DNA of 64,000 nucleotides. Source: an uncultured delta proteobacterium. GTDB taxonomy: Bacteria > Myxococcota_A > Polyangia > Fen-1088. The notes under the pieces were generated by a model. The model searched no databases, was not told where the DNA came from, and saw nothing but the letters and a program-made list of their open reading frames with translations. The translations under genes were made by a program, and so were the position numbers. This document shows, in pieces, positions 40,428 through 51,066 of the stretch. Numbering within the stretch: the first letter of the stretch is position 1; the number at the start of each line of letters is the position of its first letter. The stretch lies in contig CAVTRY010000011.1 of the NCBI GenBank assembly GCA_963737265.1, forward strand, positions 480,001 to 544,000, in the 5' to 3' direction.

Positions 40428-41552
40428 ACGCCGGGGATGGTGTTGCCGCAGAACTCGCAGCGGCCATTCTTGATGTGCATCTCGTCCAGCTCGAAACCAC
40501 GCCGAACTACCACCGCCTTGTTACAGCGTGGGCAAATCGTGCTCTCGCCGTCGAGCCCCGGCACGTTGCCGATGTAGACGTAGTGCAGTCCCTCGGCCAG
40601 CGCCGATTTCGCGGCAGCGAATCAGGGTGGCATTGGGCGTGGGCGCGACGTTCTTCATCTGGTATTCCGGGTGAAAGCGCGTGAAGTGGACGGGGACGTC
40701 CGCGCCCAGATGGTCCCTTCACCCAGCGGCACATGGCCAGGATCTCGGTCTCGCTGTCGTTCTGGCCGGGAACGCACAAGTGAACCAGTTCCAGCCACAC
40801 GCCGCTCGCTCGAATCACCTCGAGCGTCTTGAGCACGGGTTCGAGCTTGCCCTTGCACATGCGCTGGTAGTAGTCCTCGGTGAATCCCTTGAGATCGACC
40901 TTCACGGCGTCGAGGTGCTTCAGCGCTTCCTTCATGGGCTCGGCCTCGCCCGAGCCGCCCGTGACCATGGTCGTGCGCACGCCGGCCTTGCGCGCGGCCG
41001 CCGCAGTGTCGATGCAATATTCGAGAAAAACGATGGGTTCGGAGTAGGTGAAGGTCACGCAGGCGTCATAGTCCTTGGCCTGGCGCACGACTTCGTCGGG
41101 CGGCATGAAGCGAAAATCCACGTCCTCGGGCTTCGACTGGGAAATGTCCCAATTCTGGCAACACTTGCATTCCAGGTTGCAGCCCGCGGTGGCGATGGAA
41201 AATGCGTGGCTGCCCGGGCAGGAAATGAAAGAGCGGCTTCTTCTCGATGGGATCCAGGTGCACAGCGCAGGGTTGGCCCCACACCAGGGTCAAGTACTCG
41301 CCGTCGCGATTTTCGCGCACGCCGCAGAATCCACGCTCGCGATCCTCGACCTTGCAGTGCTTGGGGCACAGACCGCACTCGATACGCTTTTGCGGAAGTT
41401 TTTTCCAGAAGCGCGCGGGAAATGCGCGCGGGCGTCGTTGGCAGCAAGCGCGCGACCGGGCGCGGCAACAGCACGCTGCCCGCGGACACCCCCGCGGCCA
41501 AGGCACAGCCCCCGCCGCCACAAGTGAAAACAAAATCGCGTCGCGAAAGCAT
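40418..41552 (-). CDS. amrS: AmmeMemoRadiSam radical SAM enzyme with Tat-like leader (several frameshifts)
   Basis: SRRDF; CGLCPKHC...RGFCGVR; DPIEKKPLFHF; GCNLECKCCQNW; FTYSEP; IPGVWS end. Confidence 0.85.
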
Positions 41553-41554
41553 GG

Positions 41555-42614
41555 CTAGACCTCCACGGTCACGACTTCAATGCCGGCGCGATCCGAGACG
41601 CCGAGGCCAAGCTTGCTCGACGTCGCCAGATAGGTCGGCGTCAGCCCGACTTGGGCAAGCGAGGGCAGTTCGCGCTTCTTGCGCAAATCTTCCAGAATCC
41701 CGAGCGCCACCGTGTCCACCGCAACGAGATCGGTTGCGAAGAGCAAGAGGTTGGCGACTTCGCCCATGCCGGGTTGATAGCTGGGCCCGTTGTCGACCAC
41801 CGGCCGAAGCGCATCCATGATGACGAGCCGCTGCTTGCCGCGAATCTCCGGCACGGCATTGACCTCGGCAATGTACGGGATCGCAATTGTCAAGGTGCAT
41901 CTTGTTGGGATTGTGAATGCAGCCGAAGTTGTTCTTGAGAGCGCCGGTCATGCCCGAAAGCATGTGCTGCTTGAGAATGGGAAGATTGAGTACGCCATCC
42001 ACATGAGTCGTCAACACGCGTGGCAAGGCGCGACGCCGACGACGGCATTTGCACCAACTCCTCCTCGTGCCCGGCTTCATCGTTGCCGAGGCAGCGATAG
42101 CCGTGCGGCTTGCTCGAAAAACCCGAAGCGGTCAGGTCCGAGGTAAAGCGGTCGAAAGCGATCTGATGGTGCCCGTCGATGTCGGCCTTGCCGAGCAAGG
42201 CAGACAATTCATCGACCAATTCCACATGCGTGGCGGCATTGCGACCGGCGAGGCCGTTGATCTTCAGGCCAACGCGCTCGCCTGGCCGAACGTATCGAGC
42301 GAGCGCGGCGGCGGCATTCTTCTGGCCCGAGAACGCAATCAACCCGGCTTCTAGCATGGCCCGCAGAGCGCCGCGATCCGCATCGTAACCGTGGCGTGAG
42401 CGCCTTCTTGGTTCGTACCACCACCACGCGCGGTTTGTTCCGCCGCAATGGGTTTCACAGGAACTGCTTCCGTCACAGGACCGCTAGCAGACCGTCTCCG
42501 CTCCTCGGCACGACTGCTTCCGCACGACGAACCACAACCCGCGATGGCCAGGGCCGCGCCTCCCAACGCCTGCAGGAAGCGACGACGATCCGAACTATTC
42601 GCGTCCGCAGCCAC
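41555..42614 (-). CDS. DUF362 protein with Tat lipoprotein leader (several frameshifts)
   Basis: DRRRFLQALGGAALAIAGC; VGLKIN, NLPILKQH..SGMTGALKNNFG, TDLVAVD. Confidence 0.8.
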
Positions 42615-42643
42615 GAAAGAGAGTATAGCGCGCGTTTCGGCCT

Positions 42644-43243
42644 CTACCGGTTTTCGTCTTCGCCAAAGACAATAGCTTCGTACACGCGGAACTCGGCCTT
42701 CCTCCAACCGTCCTCGGCAAGTCCGGCTTTGCGCGCCAGATGGCGCAGCGTGGTTTCGCGATCCCACCCCTGCTCGGGCGCGACTTGCGGCAAGAAAGTC
42801 GCGCGATTCCAGCCCGAGCTGAGCACGATCCCGTGTTTCCCTATGACGATTTCTTCGGCGCTCTTTACCGGCCGCGGCGGCGTCAACACCGACACTTCGA
42901 TAGTGATGAAGGGCAATTCGGGCACGCTCACTGGATGTGGGAAACGCGTGTCTTCCAGCGCCGCGCTGGCCGCACGCATGGCCACCGTGTCGTAGAGCGA
43001 ATCGCTGGGTTCAATGGTGCCGATGCAGCCGCGCAAGTCGTCGCCACGCCCCACGCACAAACCGTCGTCGTTCATCTTGCACTTGAGCGTGACAAAGGCG
43101 CCGGCCTTGCGTTCGAGCGAAGGCGTGGCCGGGACTGCGCCTTTCACGGCCGCATCGAACGAGCCCTTGCGCACGGAGGCTTCGAGCGAAGCACGCGCCA
43201 GGCGCAGCAACGTCGTGCGGTCTTCGTCGCTGAGTGGAAACAT
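42644..43243 (-). CDS. amrA: AMMECR1-family protein A, possibly fused to AmrB
   Basis: GAFVTL, LRGCIG, DTRF, IEVSVLT, ATFLPQV. Confidence 0.92.
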   Translation of the reverse strand: MFPLSDEDRTTLLRLARASLEASVRKGSFDAAVKGAVPATPSLERKAGAFVTLKCKMNDDGLCVGRGDDLRGCIGTIEPSDSLYDTVAMRAASAALEDTRFPHPVSVPELPFITIEVSVLTPPRPVKSAEEIVIGKHGIVLSSGWNRATFLPQVAPEQGWDRETTLRHLARKAGLAEDGWRKAEFRVYEAIVFGEDENR

Positions 43244-44282
43244 CTTTTCTCCCCCTGCCCTGGCCGCGTTCGAGCTTCGATCCGTCGGGCCATTTACCGG
43301 TAAATGCCACGTCTACGTATGTCACGCTACTCGACCAATCGGAACTCACGTCTCCAGAAGTGTAGCGCTGCACGACTTGGCCACGAATCCCCTGAAATCG
43401 TCCGAGCAATTCCAGCAGCAGGGCGATTGGATGCAAGCCGCAGATGGTGGTGCCGGTCTTGTCCGCGTGGGCGAGCAAGCCGGGCCGACTGAGCTTGAGA
43501 ATCTGCTCGACCGAACCGTCGTCCACCCGGGCCAGGCGCTCTTGAATCGTCCCCTGGCCCGCGGGAACTTCGTAGTCGTAATTGGCCCCGCGATGGGTGA
43601 AGTCGCTCGATGCCACCACCAGCGTGTGTTGGTCCACGATGTCGGCCAATGCCGAGGCCAACAGGGCATAGTCCGCATCGGCCATGCGTCCGACTAGAAT
43701 TGGTACCAGGGTGAATTTCGGCAGCACGTGCTGGAGCAGCGGCAGTTGCATCTCCAGCGAATGCTCGTCGGTCTCCGCTTCGGCGACGGCGCCCACGATT
43801 GGGCAGCGACGCAACCTGGCCACCGCCTGACTGTCGAGCGGAATGAGCCCAAGCGGGGTCTCGAAATGGGTGACGTCCGCGATCGAGGCGCCGCGAAAAG
43901 GATAGTGGTGGGAAATAGCCAACACGACAATCCGGCGAATGTCCTTCCCGCGCAGCAGCGCATAGCCCGTCGCCGCGGCCTTGCCTGAAAAACGATACCC
44001 CGCGTGGGGCGAGATCAAAGCTATGACGTTGCCGTCGATACGCGGCGGTTTGGCATCGGCGAACAACTGGTCGAGATAGGCGGTCAGATGCTCCTTGTCG
44101 CCCGGATACCACGACCCAGCGACCTGCGCGCGCCGCACGCGCATGGTCTCCGGTGGCCGCGGCGGCGCCGGATTCGAGACTGCGGCCTTGGGCGCGGCGG
44201 CATTGGCGCTCGGCTGCTTGGCGCAAGCGGCGACGACAAAGGCGAGCGTCAACGCAAGAAGCCTGGCCGGGCGAATCTCCAT
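43244..44282 (-). CDS. amrB: MEMO1-family protein B, lipoprotein; 3' end probably frameshifts into amrA
   Basis: Lipobox VVAAC; AQVAGSWYP, PHAGYRFSG, EHSLEMQLP, ASSDFTH, TICG. Confidence 0.9.
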
Positions 44283-44392
44283 GCTCGCCATGGTTGCCCC
44301 AGGCCCGGCCGCTGTCAATCACATCCACCGACGCCACCGACGCCATCGTCGCGATCGGATTTTCGCCGCGAGCAGCAGCAACAAAAATGGCC

Positions 44393-45655
44393 TTACGTCA
44401 CCCGCAACATCTTCCTCGCTCCGCGCGCGGCCACCGCCTGGCGGTAGGCATCGAGCGCCGCGGGGAATGGCTGAAGGGCGCGCTCGAAGATGCCCAGGCT
44501 GTAGGCAATCGCCAGCCCGTAGTTCGTGATGGGAACGCCAGCGCGGTTGCAGGCGAAAATGCGCGACAGAACCTCGCGGCGATTCAGCATGCACGAACCA
44601 CAATGGATCACGAGCTTGTATTCCTTGGGATCGGAGACGAAGTCGCGTCCCTGCACTTGCTCGACCGTTAGCGAGCCGCCGACGTACTGGCCGAGCCAGC
44701 GCGGGATCTTCACGCGACCGATGTCCTCGCCGATGGGGTGATGCGAACAGGCTTCGGCAATGGCGATGCGGTCGCCTGGCTTCAGGTTGTCGATGGCCAA
44801 CGCTCCACGCGCGAATTGCAGCAGGTCGCCTTTCTGTCGGGCGAACAAGATGGAAAACGAAGTCAGCGGCACGTCAGGCGGAGTGTCGGCCGAAACCTTC
44901 AAGAAGGCCTGTGAATCGGTGACGACCAGGGCCGGCTTGCGCTTGAGGTTGTCTAGCACCTGGCGCAGCTCGCGTTCTTGCGTCACGATGGCGCAGGAAT
45001 CGTGATCGAGCAGATCGCGGATGGCTTGCGACTGCGGCAAGATCAAGCGACCCTTGGGCGCTTCCTTGTCGACGGGAACGACGAGCACCGCGAATTCGCC
45101 AGGCGGCACCAAGTCTGAAAGAATCGTCGGCGCATTGAGAAACTCGTCCGGCGCCAGGTTGACCAGCGCCTCGCGGATTTCCGCCAAGCCTTCCCCGCGC
45201 GCGGCGCTCGCGATCACGGGCTTGAGCCCGCGATGAAGCAGGCGATCCATCGTCGCCTCGGACGGCTTGGCCAAGTCACTCTTGTTGAGCACTGGCAGCA
45301 CCGGGATCTTGCGCTCATCGAACGCGTCGAGCAGGGCGATTTCCAGACTGCCGAGTCCTTCCTCGGCCAGCACCAAGATCGCGAGCTCGGTGCGTTCCAG
45401 CACCTTCATCGTGCGTTCCACGCGCTTGGCACCTAGCGCGCCGACGTCGTCGAGGCCGGCGGTGTCGATAAACAGCACCGGACCGAGTGGAATGATCTCC
45501 ATCGGCTTTTCTACCGGATCGGTCGTGGTGCCGGGCTCGGGCGAGACGATAGATACTTGCTGCCGAGTGAGGGCGTTGAGAAGCGACGACTTCCCGACAT
45601 TGCGCCGACCGAAAATCCCGATGTGTAGACGTACTCCACGAGGTGCCGCGTTCAT
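44393..45655 (-). CDS. hydF: [FeFe]-hydrogenase H-cluster maturation GTPase
   Basis: GRRNVGKSS, TTTDPV, DTAG, NKSD, APKGRLILPQ, EACSHH...HCGSC. Confidence 0.95.
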   Translation of the reverse strand: MNAAPRGVRLHIGIFGRRNVGKSSLLNALTRQQVSIVSPEPGTTTDPVEKPMEIIPLGPVLFIDTAGLDDVGALGAKRVERTMKVLERTELAILVLAEEGLGSLEIALLDAFDERKIPVLPVLNKSDLAKPSEATMDRLLHRGLKPVIASAARGEGLAEIREALVNLAPDEFLNAPTILSDLVPPGEFAVLVVPVDKEAPKGRLILPQSQAIRDLLDHDSCAIVTQERELRQVLDNLKRKPALVVTDSQAFLKVSADTPPDVPLTSFSILFARQKGDLLQFARGALAIDNLKPGDRIAIAEACSHHPIGEDIGRVKIPRWLGQYVGGSLTVEQVQGRDFVSDPKEYKLVIHCGSCMLNRREVLSRIFACNRAGVPITNYGLAIAYSLGIFERALQPFPAALDAYRQAVAARGARKMLRVT

Positions 45656-47073
45656 TCTGTCTCCTTACTGCGATGGCCAATTTGGTTCACCCGTCCAGGC
45701 GAAGTGAGGTGATCGTATTCGTCGCCCGAAAGCAGGCCGCGGCGAATCACCAGCTCGCGCAGCGTGCCCTGCCCGTCGGCGACGGCCTGGGAAAGGTCGT
45801 TGCTGGCGGCGTGACCGAGCCGTTCGACCAGCGCGGTCAGCGCCGCGGTGCCGTCGTGCACGTGGGCATGGCACTGCTCGACGTTGGCGACGATTCCCGT
45901 CACACACTCGCGCGCGAGCATCCGGCAGGACGCGGTCAGCAGATCCAAGCCGCCCAGCAGCGCGTCCGCCACCAGCGGCAGAAACGGATTGAGCTCGAGC
46001 GAGCCCGAGGACACCGCCAGCGTGATGGCGAGATCGTTCGCGATCACCTGCATCGCCGCCTGGGTCACCGCCTCGGGCACCACCGGATTTACCTTGCCGG
46101 GCATGATGGACGAACCCGCCTGGCGCGGCGGCAGGCGAATCTCGGCCAGCCCTGCGCTCGGCCCCGACGACAGCAGGCGCAGATCCGAGCAGACCTTCCA
46201 CAGATTGGTCGCACATGCCTTGAGAATCCCGCTCACCTCGACGAAAGCGTCGGCATTTTGGGTCGCTTCCACCAAGTTCTCGGCGCGCGCCAGGCCGAAA
46301 CCGCTCAGCTCGCGCAGAACATCGACCACACCGAAGATGTACGCCCGCGGCGCGCCGAGGCCGGTGCCGATCGCGGTGCCGCCCAGATTGACCACGCGCA
46401 GGCGCTCCTCGCATTTGTAAATGCGCCAGCGATCGCGCGTGAAGGCTTCGGCATAGGCGCCCATTTCGCGGCCGAGGGTCGTGAGCACGGCGTCCTGCAA
46501 CTCCGTACGCCCGACCTTGACGACGTCCGCCAGCTCGCGCTCTTTGACCTGAAACGCCTCTTGCAGCTCGACCACTGCCTTTTCCAGCACGCGCAGGCTG
46601 GCGATGGCGGCCACCTTCAGCGCCGTGGGGTAGGTATCGTTGGTCGACTGGTGCAGGTTCACATGGTCGAGCGGATCGATGACGGCGTAGTCGCCCGGCG
46701 CGCGCCCGAGCGCCGTAAGCGCGCGATTCGCCAACACCTCGTTGACGTTCATGTTCAAGGAAGTTCCCGCGCCGCCCTGCAGGGCATCCACCAAAATGTG
46801 CTCGTCGAGCTTGCCCACGGCCATCTCCGCCGCCGCGCTTTCGATGGCCTCGGCCTCACGCGCGGAAAGACTGCCGACCTCGCGGTTGGTGCGCGCACAG
46901 GCCTGCTTGACCAGGCCGTAAGCGTGGATCAGCCCGGGAAAGACCCGCCGACCAGACAAGGGGAAATTCTCCGTCGCGCGCAAGGTATGGATCCCCCACA
47001 GCGCCGCCGCCGGCACATAGCGCTCGCCGAGGAGGTCGCGTTCCTTGCGCGTCGTCGAGCTTGGGGCGGACAT
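45652..47073 (-). CDS. aspA: Aspartate ammonia-lyase
   Basis: QGGAGTSLNMN, QSTNDTYP, GRTELQDA, GSSIMPGKVNP. Confidence 0.9.
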   Translation of the reverse strand: MSAPSSTTRKERDLLGERYVPAAALWGIHTLRATENFPLSGRRVFPGLIHAYGLVKQACARTNREVGSLSAREAEAIESAAAEMAVGKLDEHILVDALQGGAGTSLNMNVNEVLANRALTALGRAPGDYAVIDPLDHVNLHQSTNDTYPTALKVAAIASLRVLEKAVVELQEAFQVKERELADVVKVGRTELQDAVLTTLGREMGAYAEAFTRDRWRIYKCEERLRVVNLGGTAIGTGLGAPRAYIFGVVDVLRELSGFGLARAENLVEATQNADAFVEVSGILKACATNLWKVCSDLRLLSSGPSAGLAEIRLPPRQAGSSIMPGKVNPVVPEAVTQAAMQVIANDLAITLAVSSGSLELNPFLPLVADALLGGLDLLTASCRMLARECVTGIVANVEQCHAHVHDGTAALTALVERLGHAASNDLSQAVADGQGTLRELVIRRGLLSGDEYDHLTSPGRVNQIGHRSKETE

Positions 47074-47209
47074 CGCTTCAACCCTACCCTGTCCTGCTCG
47101 ACTATCAACCACCAAGGTCACTGGCTGGGCACCTGGCCAGGCACCGAACTTCATTGAACTTGCCGTCAAAGGGCGCTAGGTCATGGGCCGCGCACTGGAA
47201 GTGCAAACC

Positions 47210-47371
47210 ATGAAGAAATATGTGTGCTCCGCCTGTGACTACGAATACGATCCCGCGCTCGGCGATCCCGAGCATGGCATCGCGCCAGGCACTGCCTTCG
47301 AAGACATTCCCAACGATTGGAGATGCCCGGTCTGTGGTATTTCCAAAGACGCGTTCATCCCGATGGATTAA
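47210..47371 (+). CDS. Rubredoxin
   Basis: [12 protein letters not shown]...[16 protein letters not shown]. Confidence 0.95.
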   Translation: MKKYVCSACDYEYDPALGDPEHGIAPGTAFEDIPNDWRCPVCGISKDAFIPMD

Positions 47372-47407
47372 CCTTCCCCTGACCCGCCGACGAAGGAGTT
47401 TCTGACT

Positions 47408-48586
47408 ATGGCCCCACGCGAAATTAAACCCGGAGTGTATTCGGTCGGCGCGATCGACTGGGATCGGCGCCTCTTCGATTCCTTGATCCCGCTGCCGCTC
47501 GGAACCAGCTACAACGCCTACCTGGTCAAAGGATCGAACAAAGTCGCCCTCATCGACACCGTCGAGCCGGCCTTGGCCAAGGATCTCTTCGCCAACCTCG
47601 ACGAGCTCGGCGTCACCAAGATCGACTACGTGGTCTGCCATCATGCCGAACAGGATCACTCGGGTAGCATTCCCGCCGTGCTTGCGCGCTACCCCGGCGC
47701 CAAGGTCGTGACCAACCAGAAATGCGCCGATCTGCTCGCCTCGCACCTGCGCGTTCCCACCGAGGCGTGCGACATCATCACCGACGGAGCCGTGCTCGAC
47801 CTCGGCGGCCGCACGCTTCAGTTCATGTTCGCGCCCTGGGTGCACTGGCCCGAGACCATGCTGAGCTTCCTGCGCGAAGACAAAATCCTCTTCACCTGCG
47901 ATTTCTTTGGCTCCCACTTCGCCACCGGCACCCTGTACGCCGACGACGAACATCACGTGTACCTCTCGGCCAAACGCTACTACGCCGAGATCATGATGCC
48001 GTTTCGACAGAAGTATCCGGCGTACCTGTTGAAGATCGATGCCATGGGTCCTGCGCTCATCGCGCCCAGCCATGGCCCAATTTATCGCCGGCCGGAGTTC
48101 ATCGTGAACGCGTACAAGGACTGGACCTCGGACAAGGTGAAGAACGAGGCGTTAGTCGCGTACGTGTCCATGCACGGCAGCACCAAGGTGATGGTCGACC
48201 GCCTGGTGGACCGTCTGGTCGCCCGCGGGGTCAACGTCAAGCAATTCGACCTAGCCACCATCGATCTCGGCGAGCTGGCCATGGCCCTGGTCGACGCCGC
48301 GACGCTGGTGCTGGCCACGCCGACGGTACTCAACGGCCCTCACCCCGCCGCCGTCTACGCCGCCTACCTGACCGGCGCCATCAAGCCCAAGCTGCGCCAC
48401 GCGGTCATCATCGGCTCGCAAGCCTGGGGCGGGAAGACCGTCGACACCCTCAAGGGCCTGCTCGCCGGCCTCAAGCTGGAAATGTTCGACCCGCTCATGA
48501 GCAAAGGCCTGCCCACCGCCGAGGATCTCGCCGCTGTCGACAAGCTGGCCGAGACGATTCAGGCGAGACACGCGGCTTTGGCGTAG
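47408..48586 (+). CDS. fprA: FprA-family flavodiiron protein
   Basis: GTSYNAY, HHAEQDHSG, HWPET, DFFG, PSHG, flavodoxin SMHGST. Confidence 0.93.
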   Translation: MAPREIKPGVYSVGAIDWDRRLFDSLIPLPLGTSYNAYLVKGSNKVALIDTVEPALAKDLFANLDELGVTKIDYVVCHHAEQDHSGSIPAVLARYPGAKVVTNQKCADLLASHLRVPTEACDIITDGAVLDLGGRTLQFMFAPWVHWPETMLSFLREDKILFTCDFFGSHFATGTLYADDEHHVYLSAKRYYAEIMMPFRQKYPAYLLKIDAMGPALIAPSHGPIYRRPEFIVNAYKDWTSDKVKNEALVAYVSMHGSTKVMVDRLVDRLVARGVNVKQFDLATIDLGELAMALVDAATLVLATPTVLNGPHPAAVYAAYLTGAIKPKLRHAVIIGSQAWGGKTVDTLKGLLAGLKLEMFDPLMSKGLPTAEDLAAVDKLAETIQARHAALA

Positions 48587-48604
48587 AGCGAGCTCGCCAT
48601 TCGA

Positions 48605-49432
48605 TCAGCGGTGGCCGCCCCCATGGCCGCCACCAAAGCCACCGTGCGAGCCGCCACCAAAGCCACCGTGCGAGCCGCCGCCGCCACCGTGAAACCCGCC
48701 GAATGAGCTAGTGCCACCGCCAGTTGCCCCGTGAAATCCTCCTCCTCCGTAGTTATGGGCGGCGACTCCACCGCGGAATCCGCCGGCCGCGTGGTATCCG
48801 CCACCAACACCGCCACGATATCCGGCTGCCGCGTGATAGCCCGCCCCGCCGCGAAATCCCCCGCCGTATCCGCCGCGAAAACCGTACCCGCCGCGATAGC
48901 CGCCGCGGTACCCGCCCCAGCCGTACCCGGCGTGGACAAGTCCGCGATACCATCCGAAGGCGAACGGACCCCGAACACCAAAGTAGGGATAAGCGCCCCA
49001 ACCCCAGATCCAGGGCGCGGCCAGCCAGGACCATCCGTAGCTCGGGTAGTACACGTAGGCGTAAGGAGACGTGTCGTAGGCGGTCCCTTCGTAGGTGTAC
49101 TGGTCTCCGTAGGGCATCCAAATCCATCCGTAGTCGGCCGTGTAAACCCACTGGCCGCCGGCTGACGTTTGGCTCGGAGCCACGGGCTGCTGCGCTTGGC
49201 GTTGCCCCTGCGCCTGAACCGGCACAGGCGGCGGCTGAAGAGGCGGCGCAGGCGGTTGCTGACTCGGCGCTGCGGTGGCCGGCTGCACATGCTGCGTCTC
49301 GGGATTCGTTTCGGAATAGGACGCCTGGCTCGGCGCGATCTCTATGAAGTCCCCAGCGGCTTGCTGGGCGCGCGCGACACCGCCCAACCCGAAGAGCAAG
49401 AAACAAAGGCTCGCAGTCAGATTCGTCTTCAT
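48605..49432 (-). CDS. Secreted protein with WVY/YGW motifs and Gly-rich tail
   Basis: Signal peptide; GQWVYTADYGWIWMPY; GGYRGG/GGSHGGFG repeats; RBS GAGGTG. Confidence 0.7.
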   Translation of the reverse strand: MKTNLTASLCFLLFGLGGVARAQQAAGDFIEIAPSQASYSETNPETQHVQPATAAPSQQPPAPPLQPPPVPVQAQGQRQAQQPVAPSQTSAGGQWVYTADYGWIWMPYGDQYTYEGTAYDTSPYAYVYYPSYGWSWLAAPWIWGWGAYPYFGVRGPFAFGWYRGLVHAGYGWGGYRGGYRGGYGFRGGYGGGFRGGAGYHAAAGYRGGVGGGYHAAGGFRGGVAAHNYGGGGFHGATGGGTSSFGGFHGGGGGSHGGFGGGSHGGFGGGHGGGHR

Positions 49433-49499
49433 GGCATCACCTCAAATTATGGATGACGACGCAGTCATTCTACTCTGCAACGTATCCAAACCATCTTGG

Positions 49500-49515
49500 T
49501 GCAATCCCCGTGCCC
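49500..49515 (-). promoter_or_regulatory. Sigma-54 (-24/-12) promoter
   Basis: GGGCACGGGGATTGCA (GG-N10-GC) upstream of the Gly-rich gene. Confidence 0.6.
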
Positions 49516-49717
49516 ATCGAACTCGTCAATTGTCCCCGATGGCGTGCGGGATGCCAGCCGATTCGGCTGACTTCCGTGGCGAGGACAGCCCGCTGTGAAT
49601 TGTCTTCACGGCAGCACGATCTTGTAGCCGCTCTGAATCATCCGGCGGTTGTGTGGTGTTCGCGGGCGGTACGCGGTGCTACATCGCGGGACGCACGTCC
49701 TGCGGTAGACTGCGCAC

Positions 49718-51064
49718 GTGGAGCCACTGAACGTCCTCATCATCGACGACGAGAAGAACATCCGTCACGCCTTGCGCGTGTGCATTGAAGCGCTGGGAGC
49801 GAAGGTCAGCGAAGCGCCCTCGGCGCAAGCAGCGCTGGATGCCATGGGCCGAACGACCTACGAAGTGGCCTTCCTTGACCTCAAGCTGGGCGTCGACAGT
49901 GGCCTCGACCTGATTCCCCAACTTCTCGCCGAGAATCCCAATCTCACCATCGTGGTCGTGACGGCCTACGCGACCATCGAGACTGCGGTCGAGGCGATGA
50001 GGCGCGGCGCCTGGGACTACCTACCCAAGCCGTTCACACCCGCGCAGATACGCCACACCTTGGATCGCATCCTCAAGCAGCACTCGCTGATGGTGCGCGC
50101 CGCCGACCTTGAAAGCCAGCTCACGGCCGAAACCCCCGACATCCTTCTCGCCTCGGCGGCCCCCTCGGTACGCGGCGTTCTCGACATCGTGGCGCGGGCT
50201 GCTCAGTCGGACGCCGCGGTACTATTTCGCGGCGAGAGCGGTACCGGGAAGGGAGTGCTCGCTCGGGCGTTGCACAAGCAAAGTAAGCGCCGCGAGCGTC
50301 CCTTCGTCTTGGTGAATTGCCCTACCCTGTCCGAGGACCTTCTCGCCAGTGAGCTCTTCGGCCACGCCAAGGGCGCCTTCACCGGCGCCATACGCGACCA
50401 AGTCGGCCGCGTGGAGGCGGCCGAGGGCGGCACGTTGTTCCTCGATGAAATCGGAGAAATGCCCGCCAATCTTCAGGCCAAGCTATTGCGCTTTCTTCAG
50501 GAAAAACAGTTCGAGCGCATCGGCGAAACCCGAACCCGCCAAGCCGACGTGCGCGTCGTCGCCGCCACCAACCGCGACTTGGATGCGGACGTGAGAAACG
50601 GCACCTTTCGCGAGGATCTGCTGTATCGCTTGAACGTGGTTGAGGTGAGGGTTCCCGCCTTGCGCGAGAGGCGCGAAGACATTCTGCCTCTGGCACGCCA
50701 TTTCTTGAGCTTCTTCGCCCGGTCGATGGGACGATCCGTTCCTGGGCTTTCGCCCGCGGCCGAGCAGGCGCTGGGAGACCACGCGTGGCCCGGCAACGTG
50801 CGCGAGCTACGCAACGCCATCGAGCGCGCCATTATCCTATGGCCGTCGCCTCGACTGGAGCCGCAAGCTTTCCCCGAACGCATCGCCGGAGCGAAAGAAC
50901 GCGGCCCGCACGTCGGCGGTGACTTCAGTGTGGAGGCCATCGAACGCGCCCACATCTTGTCCGTGATGGCGCGTGCTCCGTCGCTCGACAGCGCCGCGGC
51001 CATTCTCGGCATCGATTCATCGACCTTGTGGCGCAAGCGCAAGCGCTTCGACGAGGGTGCCTGA
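49718..51064 (+). CDS. Sigma-54-dependent response regulator (NtrC/AlgB-like)
   Basis: Receiver domain; GESGTGK, GAFTGA, LFLDEIG, WPGNVREL; Fis HTH. Confidence 0.95.
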   Translation: MEPLNVLIIDDEKNIRHALRVCIEALGAKVSEAPSAQAALDAMGRTTYEVAFLDLKLGVDSGLDLIPQLLAENPNLTIVVVTAYATIETAVEAMRRGAWDYLPKPFTPAQIRHTLDRILKQHSLMVRAADLESQLTAETPDILLASAAPSVRGVLDIVARAAQSDAAVLFRGESGTGKGVLARALHKQSKRRERPFVLVNCPTLSEDLLASELFGHAKGAFTGAIRDQVGRVEAAEGGTLFLDEIGEMPANLQAKLLRFLQEKQFERIGETRTRQADVRVVAATNRDLDADVRNGTFREDLLYRLNVVEVRVPALRERREDILPLARHFLSFFARSMGRSVPGLSPAAEQALGDHAWPGNVRELRNAIERAIILWPSPRLEPQAFPERIAGAKERGPHVGGDFSVEAIERAHILSVMARAPSLDSAAAILGIDSSTLWRKRKRFDEGA

Positions 51065-51066
51065 CC

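Noticed and set aside
40418-43300. Programmed frameshifting in the Amr operon
   Set aside because: Shifts are numerous, irregular and lack consistent slippery sites; error is more parsimonious
49590-49680. Possible c-di-AMP riboswitch near the K+ locus (CTGAATC)
   Set aside because: Only a short motif match, not upstream of kdp, and no supporting helices seen
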